Notes: generated by a model not told the origin, from the sequence alone. A DNA stretch of 36,875 bases from an uncultured Methanosarcinales archaeon (GCA_964519225.1 CAZFJK010000008.1:1-36875), one strand, 5' to 3'; counted from the first letter of the stretch, positions 9,766 to 18,844 are shown. Numbers and translations: made by a program.

Positions 9766-12325
9766 TTTAAAAGATTTAAAAGAATTTAAAGAATATGTAA
9801 AGATATTGCCTCCAAGCATTATTGAGGAGCTTCAGCAAGCAAATCTTGGAAAAACTAAACTTAAAGCTGCGCTTGAGAAATTGAAAGAAGAGTATCTTGC
9901 TTCCCGTATTGCGCCTGGTGAATGCGTCGGCCTTGTTGCTGCTGAAAGTATTGGTGAACCAGGTACGCAGATGTCTACTTCGCATGATACAGAGGTTATT
10001 GTTAGGATAGATAATAAAGTAATGATTGTTAAAATCGGAGAATTAATAGATGAATTGATCGAACTTAAAGGAAGTTACAAAATAAACGGAGAGAGTGAAG
10101 TTGTTCCTTTGCATGATATTGAGCTCTATGTTCCAAGTTTGAATAAAGATGAAAAAATTGAATGGAAGAGGGTTATAGAATGCAGTAGACATAAAGCGCC
10201 AAAAAAACTAATGAAAATAAAAACATCGTCTGGAAGAGAGATTGTATGTACTGATAACCATTCTTTTGTTATAAGGAAAGATAATGAAATTGTTCCGATA
10301 AAGGGAAGTAAGCTGAGGATTGGTGATAGGTTGCCTGTTTTGAATAGTTTTGTTTTAGAGAAAAATCAATGTAGAGAATTTTTAAGAATAAGTGATTTTG
10401 TGAAAGATGATTTTGCGTATGTTGAAAATGATATGCTTTGTAAAAAAGGAAAAAGCAAACCCATTAAAAATACCATCCCTCTTGATTGGAATACCGGTTG
10501 GTTCATTGGAGCTTATCTCGCTGAAGGTTATGGAAATGAACATTATGTAGGAATTTCGAATATTGATGATGTGTACATTCAGCATGCGAAAAACTTTGCT
10601 GAAAAGCTTGGAATTGACTATGTTGATAAGATTGAGTTTGGAGCATATGGACCTAGCAGAACACTTGCCGTTTATTCTACATTTTTAGGAAAATTCATTT
10701 CTATGTTATGTGGTAAAAGTAGCAAAGAAAAAAGGGTTCCTGAATTCGTATTTAATGCAAACGATTCTTTTGTTGCGGGTCTGCTTCAAGGCTATTTTGA
10801 TGGGGACGGGAATTTTCATGTTGATAGGAAAATGATAAGGGTTTGCTCGTCTTCAAAGAAACTGCTTGACGGTATTGCTCTCTTGTTATCAAGATTTAAG
10901 ATTTTTTCATTTAAGGTAAAGGATAGAAAAGGATTGCATTGGTTAATTATTCCATATAAATACGCACCAATATTTTTAGCCAGGATTGGATCTAGCATTC
11001 CTTCTAAAATTGCCGCGTTAGAAAAATTGGCAGAAATGGCAAAGAAATTCTGGAATGAAAAATCATATGATTACACTGATATGATCAGTGGCTTTGGAGA
11101 TCTTTTTTACAGAACAGCAAAAAAACTTGGATATCCAACGAGATATGTAAATAATTTTACTAAAAGGCAAAGGATTGGAAGAACAACCTTATTTAGGTAT
11201 ATGAAATTATTTGAAGAGCTTGCTAAAGAAAAGAATGTTGATATAGATGATGAACTTACAACAATGCATCGAATGTTTTATTCTGATGTAATTTGGGATA
11301 GAATAAAAGAAATTGAATATGTTGACGCTGAACACGAATATGTATATGATTTCTCTGTACCAGGCTTGGAAACATTCACAACATTTGAAGGAATAATCAC
11401 TCACAATACACTCAACACATTCCATTTTGCTGGTGTCGCTGAAATGAGTGTTGCTATTGGTTTGCCGAGAATAATCGAGATCCTTGATGGAAGAAAGGAA
11501 ATTCAAACGCCGATGATGGAGATATATCTAAAGTCGCCTTACAATAAAGGGAAAGACATAAAGAAGATTGCCCTCTCGATAAGAGAAACAAAGCTTGGCC
11601 AGTTAGCTGAAGAATTCTTTGTTAATGTTGGAAGCATGACTGTTGAAGTTGTTCTCGATAAAGAGAAAATGCGCGACCTTGGAATAAATCTCGGCGCTGT
11701 AATAAAAGCCGTCAAAAAGCAGACGAAAACTGGTTCTGTAAAAGAAAGTGAAAGAGGGCTGGAAATTAAATTAAAAAAAGAAGGGGGACTCTTAGAATTG
11801 TATAAACTTAAAGATAAATTGAAGAACATTTTTATTAAAGGAATTAAAGGGATAAAGCAGGTTCTTGTGGTGAAGAGGGGTGATGAATACATTATTATAA
11901 CAGCTGGATCAAACCTGAAAGAGATTTTGCGAATGCCAGAAGTCGATGAAAAAAGAACACTCACGAATGATATTCACGAAATTGCTGCTGTTTTGGGCAT
12001 AGAAGCAGCGAGAGAAGCGATCATCAATGAAGTTATGAAAGTAATGGAGTCGCAAGGTTTGAACGTGGATGTGAGGCACATAATGTTGGTTGCTGATATG
12101 ATGTGCGCTACAGGAAAGATAAAAGGAATAACAAGATATGGCGTTGTTAGTGAAAAAGCAAGCGTCTTGGCAAGGGCAAGCTTTGAAACACCGATAAAGC
12201 ATTTAATAAACGCTGCTTTGATTGGAGAAGAGGATAAGCTAAGCTCGGTGGTTGAGAACGTTATGGTTAATCAACCGGTTCCTGTTGGAACAGGACTTCC
12301 AGGGCTTGTTACAAAGCTGAAATAA
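9758..12325 (+). CDS. rpoA2: RNA polymerase subunit A'' (Rpo1C), intein-containing; about 377 aa after splicing
   Basis: SIGEPGTQM|TLNTFH.AG interrupted by the intein; GLPRIIEI, DVRHIMLVAD.M, VLARASFE, PVGTG. Confidence 0.97.
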   Translation: MSDLKDLKEFKEYVKILPPSIIEELQQANLGKTKLKAALEKLKEEYLASRIAPGECVGLVAAESIGEPGTQMSTSHDTEVIVRIDNKVMIVKIGELIDELIELKGSYKINGESEVVPLHDIELYVPSLNKDEKIEWKRVIECSRHKAPKKLMKIKTSSGREIVCTDNHSFVIRKDNEIVPIKGSKLRIGDRLPVLNSFVLEKNQCREFLRISDFVKDDFAYVENDMLCKKGKSKPIKNTIPLDWNTGWFIGAYLAEGYGNEHYVGISNIDDVYIQHAKNFAEKLGIDYVDKIEFGAYGPSRTLAVYSTFLGKFISMLCGKSSKEKRVPEFVFNANDSFVAGLLQGYFDGDGNFHVDRKMIRVCSSSKKLLDGIALLLSRFKIFSFKVKDRKGLHWLIIPYKYAPIFLARIGSSIPSKIAALEKLAEMAKKFWNEKSYDYTDMISGFGDLFYRTAKKLGYPTRYVNNFTKRQRIGRTTLFRYMKLFEELAKEKNVDIDDELTTMHRMFYSDVIWDRIKEIEYVDAEHEYVYDFSVPGLETFTTFEGIITHNTLNTFHFAGVAEMSVAIGLPRIIEILDGRKEIQTPMMEIYLKSPYNKGKDIKKIALSIRETKLGQLAEEFFVNVGSMTVEVVLDKEKMRDLGINLGAVIKAVKKQTKTGSVKESERGLEIKLKKEGGLLELYKLKDKLKNIFIKGIKGIKQVLVVKRGDEYIIITAGSNLKEILRMPEVDEKRTLTNDIHEIAAVLGIEAAREAIINEVMKVMESQGLNVDVRHIMLVADMMCATGKIKGITRYGVVSEKASVLARASFETPIKHLINAALIGEEDKLSSVVENVMVNQPVPVGTGLPGLVTKLK
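9974..11407 (+). mobile_element. 478-aa intein with a LAGLIDADG homing endonuclease in rpoA''
   Basis: In-frame insertion starting with Ser (STSHDT); block B TDNH; LAGLIDADG-like helices IGAYLAEG and LQGYFDGDG; block F VYDFSV; ends IITHN followed by +1 Thr. Confidence 0.95.
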
Positions 12326-12326
12326 A

Positions 12327-12614
12327 ATGGCATTGAAGGATATAAGGAAGGCTGTTGATGAAAAAAACGCAGTTATCGGAGTAGAAAGAGTAGTAAAGGG
12401 TTTGAAGAGAGATGAAATTAAGGAAGTATATCTTTCTTCGAATTGTCCAGAGGATATTGAAAATGAGATTAAATATTTAGCTAAGCTTTCTAAGTGCAAA
12501 GTTAGCAAGCTAAAGAAAACAAACGAAGAACTCGGTATGTTTTGTAGGAAACCTTTCTTTATTGCTGTTCTTGGAATTAAAAAAGAAGCAAAAACAAAAA
12601 CGCGGAGGAAATAA
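12327..12614 (+). CDS. rpl30e: 50S ribosomal protein L30e (L7Ae/L30e family)
   Basis: VIG..V.K, SSNCP, ELG.FC.KPF; canonical position after rpoA''. Confidence 0.9.
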   Translation: MALKDIRKAVDEKNAVIGVERVVKGLKRDEIKEVYLSSNCPEDIENEIKYLAKLSKCKVSKLKKTNEELGMFCRKPFFIAVLGIKKEAKTKTRRK

Positions 12615-13040
12615 ATGAGAGTAAAGTACAATATAAAATCAATGCGTTTTATTTCTATCTTTGAAATGCTTACTGGGGCTGGAGTAAAAGATTGCTTTGA
12701 ACACAATGACAGGATTGTTTTTGTTGTTAAAAAAGGAGATATAAGAAAAGCACTTGGTATAAAAGCAAAGAATGTAGATAAAATTGAAAAGGCATTAAAG
12801 AAAAAGATAAAAATAGTAGAGTACAGCGATGAACTTGAGCAATTCATCAGAAATGTTTTTTTTCCGTGCAAGATTGAGCGCTTTGAGAAAAAAGACGGTA
12901 TGATTTTAATAACGCCAAAAGATAAGCACGAAAGAGGGAAGATGATCGGTAAGAATGCTGAAAATCTCAGACTAGCGGAAAAGATCGTTAAGAGATTTTT
13001 TAATAATGTAAAAGAAATCAGAATACCGAAGAATTTTTAA
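12615..13040 (+). CDS. nusA: Archaeal NusA-like KH-domain transcription factor
   Basis: Two KH-like repeats ([18 protein letters not shown]), KIKIVEYS; conserved position between L30e and S12. Confidence 0.92.
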   Translation: MRVKYNIKSMRFISIFEMLTGAGVKDCFEHNDRIVFVVKKGDIRKALGIKAKNVDKIEKALKKKIKIVEYSDELEQFIRNVFFPCKIERFEKKDGMILITPKDKHERGKMIGKNAENLRLAEKIVKRFFNNVKEIRIPKNF

Positions 13041-13065
13041 ATCAAAGGCGGGAAAATCTAAAAAC

Positions 13066-13503
13066 ATGGCAAAGAAATCAAGGGGATTATTTGCTGGAAG
13101 GAAATTAAAGAAACAAAGAAAAAAAGGTAGACGGCACGATAGAAAATACATTAGGCGAATTTTTAGATTGAAAGAAAAAAGTGATCCGTTAGAGGGAGCT
13201 CCAATGGCAAAAGGCATAGTTTTGGAGAAAGTACAACTTGAGGCAAAGCAGCCGAACAGCGCAATGAGAAAATGTGTTAGGGTTCAGCTTATTAAAAACG
13301 GAAGGCAGATTACTGCTTTTGTTCCTGGCAGTGGCGCAACCAAGTTTATTGACGAGCACGATGAAGTTACAGTTGAATTTATTGGAGGGAAGATGGGCAG
13401 GGCAAAAGGAGACATCCCAGGTGTAAGATGGAAGGTTGTTGCTGTTAATGATCAATCCTTAAGTGCTTTACTTGCTGGAAAGATTGAAAAGGCAAGAAGG
13501 TAA
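13066..13503 (+). CDS. rps12: 30S ribosomal protein S12 (uS12)
   Basis: [30 protein letters not shown]. Confidence 0.98.
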   Translation: MAKKSRGLFAGRKLKKQRKKGRRHDRKYIRRIFRLKEKSDPLEGAPMAKGIVLEKVQLEAKQPNSAMRKCVRVQLIKNGRQITAFVPGSGATKFIDEHDEVTVEFIGGKMGRAKGDIPGVRWKVVAVNDQSLSALLAGKIEKARR

Positions 13504-13514
13504 TAAGACTAAAA

Positions 13515-14117
13515 ATGGCTGAAAAACCAAAGGTATTTGGAAAATGGAGCGTGGAAGGCATTAAAGTTGAAGATAAGGGACTTGTTAAATATATTAACCT
13601 CGAACCGAAAATAGTGCCAAGAAGTTTTGCACGATATGCTTGTAGGAGATTTTACAAAAACAAGGCATTCATTGTTGAAAGGTTGATTAACAAGATCATG
13701 GTAAGCGGACATAAAGGAAAAAAGCATTTCAAAACGAGTTATAAATTTACTGGGAAATGGCTGAATGCTTATAGAATTGTGGAAAATGCGTTTGAAATTA
13801 TTGCAAAGAAAACAGGTGAAAATCCTGTAAAAGTTTTTGTTAAGGCTTTGGAAAACGCGGCTCCAAGGGACGAGGTTATTGCTATTGAATACGGCGGTGC
13901 AAGGTATCCTAAAGCAGTTGATTGTGCTCCACAGAGAAGGATTGATCTTGCTTTAAGACATATTGCTCAGGGAGCGTATCATAAATGTTTTAATACAAAG
14001 ATAAGTATTTCAGAAAGCTTGGCAAATGAAATTATTGCTGCCTATGAATGCAGTCCGCAGTCAAATGCTATAACAAAAAAGTATGAACTTGAAAGGCAGG
14101 CTGATGCAAGCAGATAA
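13515..14117 (+). CDS. rps7: 30S ribosomal protein S7 (uS7)
   Basis: FGKW, IVERLIN, ENAAPRDE, AVD.APQRRIDLALR, ELERQA.ASR. Confidence 0.97.
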   Translation: MAEKPKVFGKWSVEGIKVEDKGLVKYINLEPKIVPRSFARYACRRFYKNKAFIVERLINKIMVSGHKGKKHFKTSYKFTGKWLNAYRIVENAFEIIAKKTGENPVKVFVKALENAAPRDEVIAIEYGGARYPKAVDCAPQRRIDLALRHIAQGAYHKCFNTKISISESLANEIIAAYECSPQSNAITKKYELERQADASR

Positions 14118-14196
14118 AAATAAATAAACAAATTTTCTAATTCTAAAAGAGGTTGTTGGGTTTTGGTTGTGCCAAAAGAACGTTAAGAACTTTAAT

Positions 14197-15498
14197 ATGA
14201 AAAAAGGTCAAGTCACTATCAATTTAAAAGGAAGAAGATATGGGTTAGGATTTCATTTAGGAGATTCTTTTTTGTTTTTTCCTCCGACTTCGGTGTTGCA
14301 AGCGCGGGTGCAGATAGCTTCGCCTAGTGAACTTGAGAGTTTGGTGAACAGGTATTTTCCAAGATGGTTAAATGTTAGAGGAGGTGCATTAACTGAAAGA
14401 AGAAAAAGAAATATTGAGCGATTGCTTCGTGAAAAAACACCTGCTGAATTGGTTAGAGAGAGAATAAAAAAAGCACACAAAGGAATCGTGAAATATTGGG
14501 ATAGAGATGTGGGAGATATAAAAGTTAGAGCGAGATTAGGAAGCATTTACGGAAAGGTTCCGGGAAAGGGCTGGGGAGAAGAATATAATGTTTCTATTTA
14601 TGCTTTTAGAACAGATCAAACACGTATTAAGATAGAGTGCCAATGTAATGAAAATTATTTTGGAAGATTAAAACGAGGGCCAAAGCATGTCGAAATTCTT
14701 TGCATGCATGCAGCGGTTGTTTACTTGATCGGATCTCTTTTTCCTCATCGCGTAGAATGGCTTGAAAAGATACTGAAGGATTCGGGCAGTGAGATAAGAA
14801 AATTTATTGATCCTTGTTTTGCAAACGATGAAGCTGTCGCTTTCTTTTTGCTTGATAAATATCTTCTTGGGAGAACTTTGTTTGAAATAGACAAGGCGAT
14901 TGTTAAAAGGAAAGGCGTTTCAATTTATGATGGGTGGTTTCAGCATTTATATGCCGATGGTAGAAACGGAGCTGGGTTTTATGTCTTTGTAAATAGAAAT
15001 ATCTTTTCAGATGAAGAAGGAAGATTCACCCCTGTGCCTTTAAAGAATTGCTTCAAAACCATAGCTGAGAGATTGTTTCATGCAGGATATAGGCATAATG
15101 GGTTTGTGATTGAATTTCAAGGAACAGGACATGAAGCGATAGCGGTTGAATTTGTAAATAAGAAAGGTGAGAGGATGAGGTTTGTTTGTTTCGATGACTG
15201 TCCGCCATTGGTCGTTAAAAGGAAAAGAGTTAGAAGAGAATTACCTAAAAGTCCTTTTCCAGAGGACTTTAATCCTTTTCACAATCTTGAAAAGAAAGGA
15301 ATTATTTTTTACGATGATTGTAGTGGAAGAAACGATTATATAATGATAGAAATACCGAGCGGGGGTGTGGCACTGAAACCTTTTATCGAAATGTATAGAA
15401 AAGAAATCCCTGAAAATACGAGAAAAGAACTTTTTAGAAGAATTGAAAACAATCAATCAAAGCATAACTTTTATCATAATGTTTTAGAAAGAAGATGA
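14197..15498 (+). CDS. Hypothetical protein with a SWIM-like zinc-finger motif
   Basis: About 433 aa from ATG 14197 (the ORF track starts at TTG 14167); CQC-x18-CMH followed by AAV matches the SWIM pattern CxC...CxH. Confidence 0.6.
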   Translation: MKKGQVTINLKGRRYGLGFHLGDSFLFFPPTSVLQARVQIASPSELESLVNRYFPRWLNVRGGALTERRKRNIERLLREKTPAELVRERIKKAHKGIVKYWDRDVGDIKVRARLGSIYGKVPGKGWGEEYNVSIYAFRTDQTRIKIECQCNENYFGRLKRGPKHVEILCMHAAVVYLIGSLFPHRVEWLEKILKDSGSEIRKFIDPCFANDEAVAFFLLDKYLLGRTLFEIDKAIVKRKGVSIYDGWFQHLYADGRNGAGFYVFVNRNIFSDEEGRFTPVPLKNCFKTIAERLFHAGYRHNGFVIEFQGTGHEAIAVEFVNKKGERMRFVCFDDCPPLVVKRKRVRRELPKSPFPEDFNPFHNLEKKGIIFYDDCSGRNDYIMIEIPSGGVALKPFIEMYRKEIPENTRKELFRRIENNQSKHNFYHNVLERR

Positions 15499-15515
15499 AA
15501 GAGAAAAGAAGAAAA

Positions 15516-16172
15516 ATGAAAAAAGCGTTTATTCCTGTAAGGATTGAAATATCTAAGGAAAAAATAAGAGAGATTATTAAAGAGAAAGCAAAGAAGCTTC
15601 CTGAAAAGATTGGTTTGATAGGAATAGTGAACCATGAACATGATTTTGATAGTGTTAAGAAATTTTTGGAAGGCGTCGGAAAAAAAGTAACTGTTGGTGG
15701 TGTTGTGCTGGGTTGTAATTTTGAGAATGCAAAGAGAATTTCTGGGAAAGTAGATGCCTTTGTCTACTTTGGGAGCGGCGAATTTCATCCTATTGGTATT
15801 GCACTTTCAACAGAAAAGGATGTGTTTGTGTTGAATCCTTTAAGTGGAACGTTTGAAATGCTAAGCAAAGAGAGTGTCGAAGAAGTTAAGAAAAGAAGGA
15901 TAGTTGCTATTAAGCGATTTTATGCAAGTGATGTTGTTGGCATAATAACTTCAATAAAGCCTGGCCAATGTAGAATTGAGGAAGCAGAAAAGATGAAAGA
16001 AAAAATTGAAGCGATGGGAAAGAAAGCTTATCTCTTTATCGGTGATGAAATAAGCGAGATTGAAAAAGAGAACTTTCCTTTCATTCAAAGTTGGATTAAC
16101 TGCGCATGCCCAAGATTAAGTGATTTCAGGAGTGATATGGTTAATTTAGCTGACCTTGAAAGACAAGATTGA
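15516..16172 (+). CDS. dph2: Short diphthamide synthesis protein (Dph2 family)
   Basis: VLGC, YFGSGEFHPIG, GII.S.KPGQ, ENFPFI, CACPRL. An alternative ATG at 15495 overlaps the upstream stop. Confidence 0.88.
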   Translation: MKKAFIPVRIEISKEKIREIIKEKAKKLPEKIGLIGIVNHEHDFDSVKKFLEGVGKKVTVGGVVLGCNFENAKRISGKVDAFVYFGSGEFHPIGIALSTEKDVFVLNPLSGTFEMLSKESVEEVKKRRIVAIKRFYASDVVGIITSIKPGQCRIEEAEKMKEKIEAMGKKAYLFIGDEISEIEKENFPFIQSWINCACPRLSDFRSDMVNLADLERQD

Positions 16173-16246
16173 AGTTATATAAATCGCCTGCTAAAGATCA
16201 AATATTTAAAAAATCGAAACAATTCATTATGAAAGGAGGCGTTAAA

Positions 16247-16456
16247 ATGATCAAAAAGAAAACTGCTATATTTGGACATTTTTGTATAGTATTGGGTTGT
16301 TTTTTGTTTACTTGGGGTATGTACCTTTTGCCAGTAAGTGAACCAACTTTTGTAGGGATTCTAACAAAACCTTTGTTTTGGGGACTGTTCTCAATATTCG
16401 GCGGGATTTGTGCCAATGTACACTCTTATTGTAAATGTGTGCAAGGACAAAATTAA
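16247..16456 (+). CDS. Small (69 aa) two-TM membrane protein, Cys/His-containing
   Basis: ATG 16247 is preceded by AAAGGAGG; two hydrophobic segments; C-terminal C.NVHSYCKC. Confidence 0.65.
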   Translation: MIKKKTAIFGHFCIVLGCFLFTWGMYLLPVSEPTFVGILTKPLFWGLFSIFGGICANVHSYCKCVQGQN

Positions 16457-16523
16457 ATGAAATCAATTTTATAAAGCCTGACTTAAAAAACTTTAAAAAT
16501 ATTTGATTTTTGAATTTTTTAAA

Positions 16524-17135
16524 ATGGAAAAGCGAAGTATAATTGAAATTCTTGTTGATTGTGGAGCTATACGGTTTGGAAAGTTTAAGCTTAAAAGTGG
16601 AAGAGAAGCTCCTTATTTTGTAGATATAGGAGAGCTGTTAAAGCGCGTGACCAGTTTGGATGCGATAGCGCATAGTATGGCTGACAGGTTGCGCAATGTA
16701 GTGGTAGATTGCTTTTTTGGTCCAGCTTACAAAGGCATTCCTTTGGCAATGTTGGTTGCAGTAGGCTATGTAGCAATGACCGGACTACAAACTAGCGTTG
16801 CTTATAATAGAAAGGAAGTGAAGAGGCATGGAGAAGGAGGAACATGCATAGGTCATGTTCATGGAAACGTGATTATCATTGACGATGTTTTTACAACAGG
16901 CGGAACGAAAAAAGAAGCGATTGAGATAGTAAGAGCGTTGGGCGGAAATCCGATTGGAATCTTTGTTTGCTTAGACAGGTGTGAAGCTAGTAAAAAAGCA
17001 TTTGAAAAAGAAACTGGCGTTGGAGTGTATTCTCTGGTTGACGTGTATGATTTAATAAATTATCTTAGAGGAGGAAGTGATGAAGAGCGAGTAAAGGCAA
17101 GAGAAATAGAAGAATATCTTAAAAATTTTTCATAA
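16524..17135 (+). CDS. pyrE: Orotate phosphoribosyltransferase
   Basis: FG.F.LKSGR.APYF, FGPAYKGIP, RKE.K.HGEGG, PRPP-binding IIDDVFTTGGT. Confidence 0.95.
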   Translation: MEKRSIIEILVDCGAIRFGKFKLKSGREAPYFVDIGELLKRVTSLDAIAHSMADRLRNVVVDCFFGPAYKGIPLAMLVAVGYVAMTGLQTSVAYNRKEVKRHGEGGTCIGHVHGNVIIIDDVFTTGGTKKEAIEIVRALGGNPIGIFVCLDRCEASKKAFEKETGVGVYSLVDVYDLINYLRGGSDEERVKAREIEEYLKNFS

Positions 17136-17142
17136 TAAAAAA

Positions 17143-17664
17143 ATGTTAGACGAAATAGTTAGTAAATTGATTGACACGATTTCACAGCACAACGGATGCG
17201 CTATTTTTGTAGAAGAAAGAGCAAAATTTGAGGGCTGGGTAAAGGTCGAATTGGCAAGAATTCTTTTTGAATTGGGATATAAGGTTGAGCCCGAAAAAGC
17301 ATACTTTATTGACGGGAAACGACATCAGGTTGATCTTTTTTCTGAACATGGAAACACACGTTTATGTGTTGAACTAAAAACTGTAAATACAAATTATACA
17401 GGAATTTTAGCAAAGAAAAAAACAAGGCCAATTACGATGAACATAAATGGTGTTCTAGAAGATTTAGAAGAGTTATCCAGAATAAAAGAAGCTAATCCTG
17501 AAGTTGAATACTATGTGCTGTTCTTAGTGTATCCCTGCGAAAGTGGAAATAAGCATTGGCAAATGCATAAGAGAAAGTTAGCAGCTCGCTGTGCTTCATT
17601 AAGTGAAAGGGCTTTTTCTTTCAAAAATGGAGAAAGAGGACTGGTTTACATTGCGCGTGTTTAA
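17143..17664 (+). CDS. Putative PD-(D/E)XK (restriction-endonuclease-like) nuclease
   Basis: Helix with FEGWVKVEL, then VEPEK.Y, QVDL and CVELK: the E...D...ExK spacing of this fold. Confidence 0.6.
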   Translation: MLDEIVSKLIDTISQHNGCAIFVEERAKFEGWVKVELARILFELGYKVEPEKAYFIDGKRHQVDLFSEHGNTRLCVELKTVNTNYTGILAKKKTRPITMNINGVLEDLEELSRIKEANPEVEYYVLFLVYPCESGNKHWQMHKRKLAARCASLSERAFSFKNGERGLVYIARV

Positions 17665-17688
17665 TTTACGACGAAAAAAATCAAAACA

Positions 17689-17700
17689 TTTATATATATA
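17689..17700 (+). promoter_or_regulatory. TATA box of the basic-protein gene
   Basis: TTTATATATATA preceded by A-rich CAAAACA; SD-like GGGGTGG before ATG 17735. Confidence 0.6.
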
Positions 17701-17734
17701 GAAGATTTCTTCGACGAAAAACAAAAAGGGGTGG

Positions 17735-18064
17735 ATGAAAAAAATGGCAAAAGTTGTTGCGAAACTAGGCATTAAAAAGGAGCCTGGTTGGCTTTATTTC
17801 TTGGATAAGAAAGGAAACGTAAGCAGAGCAAAGATGGCGAGAGGCAGAAAAAAGGGTAAAGGCAAAGTCCAAGTTGTTGCAAAAGTAGGCATCAAGAGAA
17901 AACCAGGATACCTGTATTTCATTGACAAGAAAGGCAATGTATGTATGGCACCGATGGCGAGGGGTGGAAAGAAGAAGAAAGTAAAGAAAAAGGCGGCAAA
18001 GAAAAAGAAAGCAACTAGGAAAAAAGTAGTCAAGAAAAAGGCAAAGAAAAAGAAGAGAAGGTAG
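17735..18064 (+). CDS. Very basic protein with an internal duplication and a Lys/Ala-rich tail (candidate nucleic-acid-binding protein)
   Basis: Two ~32-aa repeats (VVAK.GIK..PG.LYF.DKKGNV..A.MARG) followed by a K/A/R-rich tail; own promoter and a T-rich 3' tract. Confidence 0.8.
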   Translation: MKKMAKVVAKLGIKKEPGWLYFLDKKGNVSRAKMARGRKKGKGKVQVVAKVGIKRKPGYLYFIDKKGNVCMAPMARGGKKKKVKKKAAKKKKATRKKVVKKKAKKKKRR

Positions 18065-18096
18065 ACTCTCTGATCTGCTTTATTTTTATTTTCTTT

Positions 18097-18837
18097 CTAT
18101 TTTATTGCTTTTACGATTTTGATTTGCTGAAAAACCGAAAGTGCTTTATCAGCAAACTCGCGTTTTGCTTGTTTATATGAAACTGTTATTTTTTTAAGAA
18201 GTTCTTTGTTCTTTGGCGAGACTAAAAAAGCACGTCCATGTAAATGCGAAAGAATGGCATCGAGTATAATAAACACTGCGAGAATGTCTAGGTCGATTGC
18301 CTTCAGAAGAATAACGTTCTTTTCAACGATTTTTAGAAATTTGTTTTCTTTGGATTCGGGGAGTTGTGTGAGTTTGCTTGCATAGTTTAGAAGTTTTATT
18401 GATTTAAGAGAAGGTTTTTCAATCTGTTGGCTTAAAACGCCAAGTTCTTCTAGTTTTGCGGCTTGATGTATCCTTAATGTTATGTCTTTGATTTCTTCAC
18501 CTAAAGCTACAAGTTTTTTAAGCTCGCTTTCGGACGGAGTTTTAGCTTTTCCTAGTAAAAGTTTATCAATGAAAAGAAACTTTTTGTTAACAGCGTCGTC
18601 TAATGCTAAAAGTGATTTAAGTAGCTTCTTAAGGTCATTGCAAAATATCGAAAGGACGTGCTTTAAGTACTGATTTGCATCGCTAATTTCTGCTTTTGCT
18701 TGCTCTAAGTGTTCTGGTTTTATGGCCTTTTGTTTTGCTCTTTTTATTGCATCTAAAACCTTTTCGATTTCTTTGTGCAAGCGAATGAGGTTATTCAGTT
18801 GTTCCAGAATTTTTTTTCCAAGCGATTTTTCAATCAT
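18097..18837 (-). CDS. Hypothetical all-helical/coiled-coil protein
   Basis: 246-aa Leu/Lys/Glu-rich ORF 7 nt downstream of sppA on the same strand. Confidence 0.65.
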   Translation of the reverse strand: MIEKSLGKKILEQLNNLIRLHKEIEKVLDAIKRAKQKAIKPEHLEQAKAEISDANQYLKHVLSIFCNDLKKLLKSLLALDDAVNKKFLFIDKLLLGKAKTPSESELKKLVALGEEIKDITLRIHQAAKLEELGVLSQQIEKPSLKSIKLLNYASKLTQLPESKENKFLKIVEKNVILLKAIDLDILAVFIILDAILSHLHGRAFLVSPKNKELLKKITVSYKQAKREFADKALSVFQQIKIVKAIK

Positions 18838-18844
18838 TGTTCAT

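Noticed and set aside
12239..12871. 210-aa minus-strand ORF and the many other antisense ORFs inside core genes
   Set aside because: Shadow ORFs opposite highly conserved genes, with F/S/L/I-rich composition typical of antisense frames.
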